Assembly (NCBI GenBank): GCA_043228905.1
Contig: JBHGNT010000013.1
Location: forward strand, 11,904,001-11,968,000
Length of the DNA stretch: 64,000 nt
Source of the DNA: Azolla caroliniana
Lineage: Eukaryota > Plantae > Polypodiophyta
Direction of reading: 5' to 3'
In this document: piece after piece, positions 11,652 to 23,276 of the stretch
Position numbering within the stretch: the first letter of the stretch is position 1
How the letters are laid out: each line of letters opens with the position of its first letter
Position numbers and translations under genes: made by a program
Notes under the pieces: generated by a model
Seen by the model: only the letters and a program-made list of their open reading frames with translations
Told to the model about the DNA's origin: nothing
Database searches by the model: none

Positions 11652-13837
11652 TTAAAAATCCGAGGATTCGCCTCCAAGGCTATCTCGGTTCCTTTCATGA
11701 TTAGCTCGAACCGTTAGGAATTGAACGAATCTTTTACTATCAAGACTCTTGACGCGCGCGAAGGCTGCTCCATTATTGAACACCTTGGTCTCCATCCGGG
11801 ACGATGTTATATATGGTTGTCCTAGGATGACGGGATGTGAAGCCGAGTCTTGCACGAAGAAGTGTTGATCAATCTCTACATCCCCGATCGTGACCTTAAC
11901 GTTGGGGCAAGCTCCGTACAAGTCCTCCGTAGCCTTCGTCGCCGCTCGAATCTTCCTTTCTTATAGAACTCGGTCGACATGAGGTTAATCTCAGAGCCAT
12001 GGTCAATCAAAGCGACCACGGTCTCTTTCTTCTCCCCGATCTTCACCGGTGTCTCTGTTGTCGCTCTTGCCCAATGAGGCCGCGAGTAATGGCTATCCGC
12101 CACCACTTCTTCTTCTTCCTCCTCTTCCGATCTTGCCATGGTTATGGCACTTGTTTTGACCTCCTCTTCATCAGATTGTTGTCGCTTCCTCTTAATAAGG
12201 TCCACGATAGTATCATGGAACTCCTTCTTCGCGATCCCAAGTAGCTCTCTCAAGGTAAGGTCGACATGACTATCTAAAACCTTCTCCTCAAGGACCTTCC
12301 GCAAGTTAGTTGTTTGTTCTATGTCCGACCTTAGCTTGTAAGTCGGTGCCGCTCGTTCTTTTCCTTTCTTCGTTGATTCTTCGACTTCCATCCGAGCAGG
12401 TTGGCTCGATCCACCGGGCTTCATGTTTGTTTCACCAATCTCTTTTCTTGGGATAGGTTGGGGTGGCCCTTCTTTACCTCCGTTCCTCGTGTTAGGTCGC
12501 TTTGATGTGCCATCTTCTTCACCAGTTCTCTTCCTCTTCTCTTCGACAAGGGCTTCATAGGTGTCACACACAACCTCCGCAAAGCTTGTGTTTTCATCGA
12601 TTGGATCTGACCATCCAGTTGCTCATCGCACGTTTCGGTCAGCAAGTTTTAGATCCTCCGAATCGATTTTGCCTTTTTCTTCGCACTCGAAAACCGTTGG
12701 CCAAAACCCAGCTCCTGGCTTGATCATTTTAAGATTCTCTTTTCCAACTCATATCCCAGCCGAAGCGGCATAGTGCATAGCCTCCACATGCCTTGCATCT
12801 TCTTCTTCTACAATCTTTTTCAGCCCACCTCTTCCGAAGTTCACTCGTAGTGGCTTCCGGGTCTCGCTTGAGTGAATCATGTTGCCGTCCAAATAGACGA
12901 CATTCTTGCGGATTGCATCTTGCAAGTCAGCACATTCCCTTCGTGAGTGTTCAAAGCTATCACACCACACACATCTATACGCATCTTTTCCCTTGGGCCC
13001 GCGTCGACCTAAGTTGGCTAGCGATACCGCTTCAAACTTCTTGGAGAGCTCTTCGATTATAGACTCCTCCATTGCTTTCTTGTCGAAATTGTTGATCGGC
13101 TTACCAGGCTCAATCGTCGTAGGTGCCTTCTTCCACAATTGTGGATTCTCGACCTCAGCTTCCTCTTGCCATTGTCGCCGCTTATCAAAACGGCTACAAG
13201 CCTTCTTCACCGCCGCCCAGTCCGCTACCAAACCATTTGGTTGTGTTTCATCCTCCAAGAAACTACCCAATTCTCGCCGATCTTTCGCATCCATTGCCTT
13301 TAGGAATAGCAAGACTTTATCTCCGTCGAGAACTCGTTGCTCGACACTCGGAAGTCGATGGTACTTCTGGTCGAATTCGGCATAAATTCCCGATGCACAC
13401 AGATTCTTCCCTTTCTTCTCGATCCAATTCATTAACGCATGCCGAGTCATCCGCGATGCGTCTTCAAGCATGTATTCAGTGAGAAGAGCCCTTTCGAACT
13501 CCGCCCAAGTTGCATGCTCGTTTTGGATCTCCATCACGCGCTCACGGATCCCGGGTTCTACCACTCGCTTAAAGCTTGAAATTTGTTTTGGATCATGGAC
13601 ATCTCTTTGTTGCATCTCATTCCGGTAGGTAGCAAGGAAATTTGTGATGTTCTTCCCACCAAATCTTCCAACTGTCTCCACAGTTCGGTCAACAGCTTTG
13701 TCGACTAAAGCCTCCCGATCTCTCTCTTTCAGCATGAATTCGACGACGGACACCATGCCTTTCGCCAATTCTTCTCCTTGAGTTCCACTTGTCGAAGCCA
13801 TCTTCGTACTTGATATCCTCCTACTGCCTCGCTTCAC
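11652..13837 (-). pseudogene. Element A gag-protease ORF, frameshifted
   Basis: CVWCDSFEHSRREC zinc knuckle; LIDHGSEIN protease motif; homologous to the intact ORF 26909-28951. Confidence 0.85.
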
Positions 13838-13850
13838 GTCGGGTTCACCA
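13833..13850 (-). promoter_or_regulatory. Primer binding site complementary to tRNA-Trp
   Basis: Plus strand TTCACGTCGGGTTCACCA matches the 3' end of plant cytosolic tRNA-Trp as recalled; lies 4 nt from the LTR. Confidence 0.8.
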
Positions 13851-15220
13851 AAGATGTCGCGAAAATATGACGAGGATACGCGAACTTTGAGGCAGGACCC
13901 CGAGGCCTCCGACCAGAAGATATCAGATTCGTATGATTATATTAAACAATTAATGCAAAATGATAAAGATTCACAAATTTCATTAATAAAGGGAAAGAAA
14001 GATTACAATCAATCCGAAGATTGGGATTACAAAAGTTTTATCTTATGGAGATGATTAAAATAATAGATTAGAGGAAATAAGAGATTATGATTCTTGAGTG
14101 TTATAGCTTTGATGAGGAATTTTGGATTTTGAGAGATTGCTTCCGTATGGAAATTATGGTTTACTTGAGAGATAGCTTCCGTCGGGAAGATTAGGGTTAT
14201 TGGCTTCGATAATATAAGAGAGCTCCCAAAGAAAAGAAAAGAAAATTAAGATAACCTGGAGAGTCCTCGGGTAGAAAAAAAATAAAAAATAAAAAATGGA
14301 ATAAATATCGAGTTCTCTCTTCATCATAGCCTTTTCACTTTTTGTTGCATGGCCTCTACTTTTAGTTGCCTAGCTTTTTCTTTTGGTTGCATGTGACTGT
14401 CCACATGACCTTTACTTTTTCCATGCACTCCCTTATTTAGTTGCTTGCGTCCACATGGCCTTTACTTTAGTTCTCTTCACTTTACTTTAGTTTGTTGCAT
14501 GATCCAATCTTTCGTCCGTCCGTGTCCAAAATCGTCCGGTAGCCGGTTCCATTTTGCTTGCCGGTCGGTTCCGGTTCCGATTTTGCTTGCCGGTCGGTTC
14601 CGGTTCCGGTTTGCTTGCCGGTTCCGGTTCCGGTTTGCTTGCCGGCCGGTTCCAGTTTGCTTGCCGGTTCCGGTTCCGGTTTGCTTGCCGATTCCGGTTC
14701 CGGTTTTGCTTACCGGCCGGTTTCCGGTTTTGCTTGCCGGCCGGTTTCCGGTTTCCATACCCGTTCCGGTTCCGGTTTTGCTTACCGGCCCGTTTCCGGT
14801 TTTAGGGATTTTGGCCACCATCATCAATCAAGACAAAGTGGCCATAGTTCTCTCAGCACTAATAAAAAATGAGGGAGCTCAAGGTGTTTATATAGCCAGG
14901 GCCTTAACTTTCCTATCTATGTGGGATAGTTCTAATTTCTCTATCTAATTAAACTTCATTTTCCCATAACTTGATATGTATTTCTCCATTTTGTATATAG
15001 TAAAATACATTTTGAAGCTCTTGAGTATATCCATCTTTCTATAGTAAGCTACTAATCTAATCTATAATAATTATTTCATTATTTTTTTACATAGTGTGTG
15101 AAGATTCACACGACATCGTCATTGGCTTCCATCCTGTTTTAACGTCGGAGATCAGGTATGACTACTACGACGACACATCAAGACTACTCGCGCATGTGAG
15201 AAGTTGGATTATCGGCGATC

Positions 15221-16182
15221 GGCAAAATTGTTTAGTAATGGAGATTCTTTTTCTAACTGCGGAGCGAACCATGCCAACGCTAAGCCACTTAACAACATGC
15301 CTACTAAACCCACTCGTGATGCATAGGTGGGATATCGGGAAGGATGCATTTGAATAACTAGTCGTACTTGATTATGGAACCCTCTAAACTGCGATCGCAT
15401 TCCATCGAATTTCATGGGAAGGCCGATCTTGGGTTCTTTATGAATCCCTTGTTTTCGGGTCCTTATTGTTGCATCGCTACGATGGTTGCTTCGAGTTGTT
15501 GCACACACAATGCAAGTTCCCCATGTTGTTGTTGCGTTTGCTGCTTTTCTAAGAAGATTTGTTGAAGATCCCCCAACAACCGTTGATTTTCTTGTTCCAA
15601 AGCAAGGAACTTCTCTTTCTAGCATTGCAACTCCGAGAAAACATATTGATATTCTTGAGCGCTAACAGTGGCCATGGGATGAGAGGGAAGAGGAATAAGA
15701 GATTAGTATGAAGGGAGGGAGACAGAAGAGGACCAAAATCAGTTCAAATTGTTAGGATCAGTACTAAGACAGAGAAGGAATTAGTACTAAAAGATGAGGA
15801 TTAGTACTAAGAGAGACGTAGAACTCTCGAGAGAAGGAAAGAGTGAGCGAGAGAGAGAGATAGAGTGAGAGAAAGGGTGTGAGAGAATGATGATAAATGA
15901 TATATATTATGTGAAGAGAGTATGCAATAGTAGCTAGGAGGCTTAAGATTGGCGTTGAACCAATTTGGTTCGAAATAATGCCTTGTGCCTCCTTTTATAG
16001 TGTTCTTAGGAGTACTCCTGTAGTTTCTAGAATGTTCCAAAGAAATATGGAATATACATCAATTTTCTATAATAAAACATAATGAAAATAATATTCTATA
16101 TATTATAATGTATGGTCTAATGGTCAAGAGCTTGACCCATGTAGCATAAGGTCATGGGTTCGAGTCTTGTCATATCATGACA
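15221..16182 (-). mobile_element. Tcn1-like copy 2: 5' LTR (15750-16182) plus gag start, truncated
   Basis: Reverse complement aligns with ~1900-2850; gag KEPKIGLPMKFDG...KESPLLNNF. Confidence 0.88.
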
Positions 16183-19100
16183 CTTAGATCCTTCATTTCG
16201 AATGATGTCGCAAGCTGAGACTTTACTCGGACGATTTCTTTGAGGTCGGCACCGGCAATGATTAAATCATCAACATATAGCAGTATGCTAATTTGGCCGG
16301 TTTGACTCGGCCAAATGAACAATGAAGAGTTCGATTTTGATGGAGCAAACCCCATCCTACGCAACCGTTGCGTTATCTTCGCGTTCCAGGCACACGGGGC
16401 TTGGTTGAGTCCATACAATGACTTCTGTGATCGGCAAACTGCTGAGGTGTTTCATTCAGATAGAAATCTGAGGGGTTGTACCATGTACACTTGTTCCTCA
16501 AGATCGCCTTGTAGGAACACGTTCATTACATCCGTTTGATGTAAGTGACACCCCATTGCCGCTGCTACCGTCATCAATACACAAACATTTGTCATCTTCG
16601 TGACTGGCCTGAAGGTCTCATCGTAGGAAATGCCATGTTTTTGCATGTAGCCCTTCACCACTAATCGGGCCTTATATCGGTTGACCAAGCCGTCGGCATT
16701 GTACTTGACCTTGTACACTCACCTACATCTGATTGGCTTCACACCCTTGGGGGCGTCAAACAGGTCCCATGTCTCGTTCTCCGTTAGTGCGCGCATCTCT
16801 TCCTCCATAGCGGCACGCCAATTCGCGTCCTTCGCAACCATTTCTGCGTAGCACTCTGGCTCACGCACATTTGCCACATTCGCCAAATATACATAATGAT
16901 GCACCATATAATCATTATACTCGTACCAAACTACAAGATTCTTCTGGTGGGTGGATCAAGTATGTTCTGGTTCGCCAATTTTGTGGCCCTCTCGGCCGAC
17001 TTCGACCTTGTTTTCGGAGGTCCCTCCTTGCTTCTAGCCGTTTCGGATTCACTTCGATCCGACGTTTCGTCTGCTGTGCCATACTCTGGCACCTTCATCT
17101 TCCCCTCCTCCTTGTGCGTAAACCGTCTCCTAGGTTTCTGGCGCGGGGTTTGCACGACCGAGTCTCCACTGTTCGCCAGCTCATCATCTGACTCGTCAAT
17201 CCGACTCAGTCGCTCATTTGGCCCACTTAGCCAAAATGAGATCGGACTCTCTTCTAGAGTTCTGACTTCTTCTTCCACTAAGGGCATCTCGGCCTCACTG
17301 GCCTCATCCCCAGAATTTGGAATGGAGTGGATGGGAGTTGGAGGTGAAGATAAGTACCATGAAGCCAACTCGTCGAAAATTACATCTTGGCTTACTTGGG
17401 ACCTCTTTCATTCGGGGGTTATAACACTTATAACCCTTCTTCTCATCCAAGTAGCCGATGAGAATGCAGTTCTTGGCTTTCGCGTCTAACTTCTTCCGCT
17501 TCTCTTTTGGCACATGCACATACACAATGCTACCGAAAACCCTCAAGTGTGCCAAATTCGGTTTCTTTCCGAAATACAGCTCGTGTGGTGACATTCCTCC
17601 ATTGCAAAAGTCTGATTTTGCAAGTATACTACCATCCTGATGGCTTTAACCCAGTAAAACTTCGGCATATGCTTCTCTTCAAGCATTTCCCTAACCGCTT
17701 CTTCGATCGTCCGATTCTTCCTTTCGGCCACGCCTTTCTGCTACGACGTGTATTTGTAGGAGAATTCATGTCGAATTACCTCCTTTCGTAGGTAGCTAGA
17801 GAACTAGTTAGAAAAGTACTCTTTCCCGCTATCAGACCTTAGGCACTTGATTTCTTAGTCTGTATACCATTGCGCAAGGATTTTCACCTTCAAGAAGCAG
17901 GAGAATACTTCGCTTTTCTTCTCGATCAAACACATCCAAGTGTGCCGAGTGTAGTCAACGATGAAGGTTACAAAGTAACGTCTTCCATAGACTCACGTTT
18001 TGCACCGGTCCCCATACATCCGAATGGATCAAATTGAGCTTGTTTTAGCTCTGATTTCTTTCCTTTGGGAACAAAAGTCAGTGATGTTTCCCTAATTGGT
18101 AGGCTTCGCGGACTTGGTCCTATCAGCCACTGAATTTTTGCAGGCAAAAAATGATGTTTTTGTCTGCATCTCTCGAAGCCGTGAGAAATTAACGTGGTAG
18201 AACCGCTTGTGCCACAAGTCAATACTCGGTTTGACTTTCTGCCCTTTCGTGAACATAGCGCTGCCTACGTCGTTGGTCTCGAGGATGAACATCCTTCCTT
18301 CTCAGCGGCCTTGCGTGATTATCTTGCCTTCTTCTTTGATGAAGAACCCGAAATGAGTAAATCAAACTTGCATGCCCTGATCGACAATCTGTCCGACCGA
18401 CACCAAATTCTTGGTGATTGTGGGCACATGCAAGAGATTCCTCATGATTCCCTTTTGGCCGACATGGCTCAGAGGCACATTTCCTATGTGTTCAATAGGG
18501 TGAGGGGTGTCACCGCTAGTTTTGATGACTCCCGACTGCTCAGGTTTTTCCAGAGTCAAGAACCACTCCTTGTGATTCATCATGTGGTTCGACGCACCCA
18601 AGTCCATATAACACACCTCATTTGACCTTGAGGTGTTCACCACCATTGAGTTAGCTTTGTGCTTCATCACAAAGGTTGGGCCCGCTTCGGCTCGCCCTGA
18701 GCCTTCGGCGTAGTGCGATCTTTGACGCCTATCCACGTCTCCTCGGCTCGATCCGGCCTTGTCCGAATCGGCTTGCTTTTTCCAATGCTCGCTCTCTCTA
18801 TGGCCCTTCCGACCACAGTACCAACAATCCATTGTGGCCTATCCTTGCCGACTTCTAGCGCCGCCCTGAGTCCCCCTACCTGTGGAGGTTCCAGAATTGT
18901 TGTCGGCATTTCGATTATGCCTCGAGTTCTACTCTTGTCGGCCGGCCACCTTCATTGTGCGCTGACTTGGCTTGTCCACCATGACCATAGGGCCGATCAG
19001 CCTCCGTGTACGTACTCGTTGACGCACCCGAATGTTTTTCTTCCTTCGTGTAGACCGCCGTTCGGAATGCTCGAAACTTTGACGCCCACCATATGAGAAA

Positions 19101-19690
19101 AACCTGCACCATTTCTTCCTCGATGTTCACGTTGATAGAGGCGAGGGAGTCGTAGATCTTTTTGATCTTGGCGGTGTAGTCAGCCACTGACATCTCTCTT
19201 TGTCAGAAATTGGTCAAATCCTATCTGCGTTGAAGCTTTCTGGCTCTGGTGCTCGTGGTGAAAATCTTTTTTAGATTTCCCCAAGCATCCTTCGATGTCC
19301 TGACATACCTAATGTAGCTCAAATGTTGATCGCTCACACAGGAAGCAAAGCAGAAGAGAACTGTGCTTAGCGCTTGTTCCCAGGCCGGGAAATCTCATTG
19401 TGTCTACTCGGGTGCTGCATCATTAGCTCCTTCTAGATAACTCCAGTAACCGTGCTTGAGCAGGTACTGGTGTATCTTGTACGACCAAGATGCGTAGTTG
19501 GTCCTATCGAGCTTCTTGGTTGAAAGCGAGCTTCCCATTCCTCTATCCATGTTCCTATCTTTTCTTTTCTGAAAATGAGAAAACGTTTCTCTGTCTTGTT
19601 CGCTTGCTTTTCTGTCGTCTGCAAAGGATTTTCAACCCTCGCATTCTGATACCATGTGAAAGAATACGTGTGCCAAAAGTGTGTGCGATA
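16183..19690 (-). mobile_element. Degenerate Ty1/copia element G (gag-PR-INT-RT), truncated in RT; 36 bp of 5' LTR remain
   Basis: PBS TGGTATCAGA at 19645-19654; DLGASNHM, LWHKRF, AERKNRTI, LLYVDD, FEMKDL. Confidence 0.85.
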
Positions 19691-21413
19691 TGTTGGGAAA
19701 CAGGTCCCTCCGAATGGGATCCGGGTGAGAACTGGACGATTCGGGTCAGACAAGCTGAAGGAAAGGACCGGACCGGATGGATCTGGATGATATCCGAAAA
19801 CCTGATCGGATGGATCCGATTGGTATTTGGTCAGACATTAGTTTATGTATATGTTCCGATGTGACTGTTTCAGGTCATATTTGTAAATAGCCCCAAAGTT
19901 ATATATGTATAGATATAACTAGGGCAACACTGTTTTGTGTTGTTGTTAATATAGTGAACTTGTATAGAGAGAGAGAGAGAGATTTTTGTTGTAACGTCCT
20001 GTTGGCGAAGATATAGACCTAGAGGTCGTTGCTTTTGAGTCTCATTCTGTTGTACCCCTTCTCTCATAGTGATAGTTGGAGTTTGTGGGCTCCCGTGATT
20101 TTTCCCAATTAGGGTTTTCCACGTTAACATATGGTGTCATCTCTTCTATCCTGTTGAGTGCATTGCTATTTTCTGTTTATTTCTTCTATCGTTTGTTTGA
20201 GACTCGGTTGTGGCCGAGCACTATTACTATCAATCTGGTATCTGAGAATGGAAGATCCATTCGGTGGCATGTTCAAGCTCATCGACTCCAACTACCTAGT
20301 TTGGAAGCCGAAGATGAGGGACATGTTAGTGGTCAATGATCTCTGGCTGCCAAAGCACAATTTGGAGACAAAAGACTGGACAAGATAGATAACACAACTT
20401 GGGAGGTGATGCATATGAAAAAGATAACATACATAAGATGCTTCATTGACATGAGCCTGTGCAACAACTTCAACGAAGAAAGTAAGGCTCATGTGCTCCG
20501 GGAGAAAATCACTACCATGCTAGAGAGTAAAAACACTATGAATCGGGTCTCAATATTCCGGAAGTTAGTGAGACTCTAACACCAAGATGGATCCAGTATG
20601 GAGGAGCACATGAATGCCTTTTAGGGGTTGATAAACCAAACAACCTCATTGGATGTACCTCTGGCCGACGAGGTACTCATGTTGCTGCTGCTCAGTTCCC
20701 TCCCGGATAGTTGAGAGATGCTAGTTGTCACCTTGGGCAACGTAGGGACGGAAGGAAAACATCTATCCCTAGCAAGTGTAAAATCAAGCCTATTGGATGA
20801 AGAAGCTCGTCGGAAGGACTGGGACTCTAGAACCGATCCGAAGGCCTTCGTTACAGAAGATCACTATAACCAGGGAAGAGGCCTGAATTGGAGTCCCTAG
20901 AACCGGGACAAATCGGGGACGAGGTCTAAGTGAAGGGGTAGGCCCACCTGCTTCTACTATGGGAAGCCGGTTGACTTCCAAAAGAATTGCCGACAATTCT
21001 AGAAAGCCAAAGGGGGGAGCCAACGGTTCAGAACCGAAGAGGACTTTGGAGTGAAGAGGGACGTCGACAATCGTGACAAGTGAGCAAGAACGACTGCTCA
21101 TCACCGAGGAAAATGAGCTGCACCTTGTCAGCGACGAGATGACATGGGTGGTCGATTCCGGAGCGTCGTTCCATCTAACCCCTGACCAGAAGTGCCTCAC
21201 ATCCTACAAAGTCGGAGATCACGGCTGTGTGAAGATGGGAAATGAACGTGCATGCTAGATTGTTGGCATAGGAGACGTGTGTTTGACAACGTCAACCGGG
21301 TGCAAGCTTCGATTGAAAGATGTCTGACACGTTTCGGAGGTTCGGTTGAACATGATATCAGCCAGACAACTAGATGATGACGACTACACAGGTAGCATCC
21401 GGAACTGAGTCAT
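19691..21413 (+). mobile_element. Ty1/copia element H 5' part: LTR 19691-20232, Met PBS, degenerate gag-protease
   Basis: TGTTGGGAAACAGG...CTATCA LTR; TGGTATCTGAG at 20236; WVVDSGASFH. Confidence 0.85.
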
Positions 21414-22613
21414 TGTAAAAAGTACCGTGCGGAAGCAAGTATGAAGACCAAACAGAAGGAAGGAAACTTAGGATTAATGGAGAGCTTGAGCTTACACGGT
21501 ATACGCAGGAGAGAGAGAGAGAGAGAGAGCACAAGAATTATATTCAACAATAATACTCAGTCTGTACATAAGACGTGCTCAGTGAACACTTTTATACAAG
21601 TCCTAGAAGGATTGACCGAAGTACTGACAGTACTTCAATGCTCATCAAGAGCTCCTACACTAACTCCCAAATATATTCCTCACGGAATATCTTTCCTAAC
21701 GACCTCCCGGTTTACGCACTCGGCCTAACCGATCGGTCCCAACCGATCCGGTCCTTGGCTTCTTCAGCCGATCCGGCCGATGTTGAGCTTGTCTCTCAAC
21801 ACTCCCCCTCAAGCTCAACTCGAGGCTCTTCGGGATCCTCGGGCTCACAGCTCCGGTTCCTCCTGGCTTCACGCCTCGCTCGCGCTCCTCGACTTGTTCG
21901 ACTCCGCGTGCTTCGACCCTTCCGGTCGGCTTGTCTGCTCATGCGGCCCTTATCAGCTCTTCTGCTGTTGCGGTGTTGACGCTTCTCCTGCTGCCTTTTC
22001 TTCCACTTGGCCCTCCGTTGATTCAGCGTATCTGAATCAAACATCCGAACCGACTCGGCTACTTCTGATCGGTTTTCGCTCTCGTCCGAGTTGGCTGTCT
22101 CCAACTCGTCTTTGGTCTTCTCGTCCTCGATTGTGTCATCTCCCCCATGCGTGGTTGGCATCGGCTCTCTCCTTCAGCTGCTCCCCTTCTATCTGCTTTC
22201 GGACTTTTCCGTGGGTCCGCCCTCGGCTTCTTCAGCCGATCCAAACTCGAACTCGATAACCGAGTCAACCGACTCAGACTCGGTGTCGCGGTCTCCGCTC
22301 CTTTCCTATTGCCTTGCTTGGTCGTTTGGGACTATTCTCCCCCTCAAGTATGGCACGTCGAGGTGACGCAACCCGAGCGCACCTGAGAATTGCCGCAACT
22401 TGTCTAGACCAAGCGGCTTTGTGAAGATGTCAGTTGTCTGCCGATCCGTCGGCACGTAGTGAAGTTCGATTTCACCAGAGAGGACACGCTCATGGACGAA
22501 ATGGTAGTGCACCTCAATGTGCTTGGTCCGTGCGTGGAAAACGGGGTTCTTCGCGAGCTGGATGCTGCTGAGGTTGTCGCAGTAGATCGTCGTCGGATCT
22601 GACACCTCCACGT
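21414..22613 (-). mobile_element. Ty1/copia element I 3' part: RNase H, 3' UTR, PPT, 3' LTR 21414-21801
   Basis: IYCDNLSSIQLAKNPVFHARTKHIEVHYHF; CTCCCCCTC (PPT complement) next to the LTR end CAACA at 21801. Confidence 0.85.
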
Positions 22614-23276
22614 TGTCGAGCCCTTCGGCTCCGGATCGTTGCGTGAGTCGGGTGGGAACCGCCGAGGTTTTGGACTAGGAGGAAGAGGAATACAACCTAA
22701 GGCTAGTTATGAATAATAGGAAGAGAAGTAAGATAGTAATCTCGTGAATCCCACGAGTTTAGTGTATTTTAAAACAATATTTAGATTATAAGAGTAATTT
22801 AGATGGCAAAATTCGTGAATCCCACGAATATATTAGATTGATCAATTCTTCTATATTAATCAACAACCATATACATATTTTTCTCCTCCTTATATAAAGA
22901 TGGAAGAGGCTAAGCATGGCTTCATGCTTTTTCACCTAAAGTGCCCATGCACACTAAATGTGCATGTGATGTTTTGTCATTTCCTAAATATAGGGCTCGT
23001 GCACGCTAGATGTGCATGAGTCACTTTTAATGTCACGTGTAAATAAAATATTCACACTCTAAAGAATACATGATTTTTACCTTTTAATAAAGGTATGTGT
23101 AAATAAAGGTCTTATACGTATTAAATCTATATTTATAACACTAAAGATAAGTTATTATGATGGTAAAGTTGGGGTTTATCTATGTGGAGGTGCATGGTTT
23201 GAATCCTACCCTATGCACGCGATAAATTCTTTTGATATATTATTTATTTATTTATATGTATCTAAATTCAAATATA

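Larger units (their letters stand above)
6993..15115 (-). mobile_element. Ty3/gypsy element A (no chromodomain seen, tRNA-Trp PBS, 4-bp TSD TCGT); 3' LTR partly deleted
   Basis: LTRs 6993-8246 and 13855-15115; TCGT at 6989-6992 and 15116-15119; PBS 13833-13850; gag 13837-12749; protease ~12571-11652; RT-RH-INT 11586-8242 in one frame with two in-frame TGA stops. Confidence 0.93.
1900..15220 (+). mobile_element. Ty3/gypsy Tf1/Tcn1-like element copy 1; degenerate, interrupted by two insertions, 3' end lost
   Basis: LTR 1900-2334 (TGTCA...TGACA); gag ~2480-3340 with zinc knuckle CLYCGGPEHIVVNC; protease LDSGA ~3637; RT 4253-4717 (YLDD); RNase H; integrase 5327-6210, resuming at 6641-6992 and 15120-15220 (FNVGDQV*LLRRHIKTTRACEKLDYRR). 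Confidence 0.9.

Noticed and set aside
16106-16180. Genuine tRNA gene in the LTR
   Set aside because: Acceptor and anticodon stems do not pair; only promoter-box similarity is supported.
21441-22386. ORFs across the copia I LTR/3' UTR as an extra or env-like gene
   Set aside because: Low-complexity charged sequence open in several frames, with no TM or domain signal.
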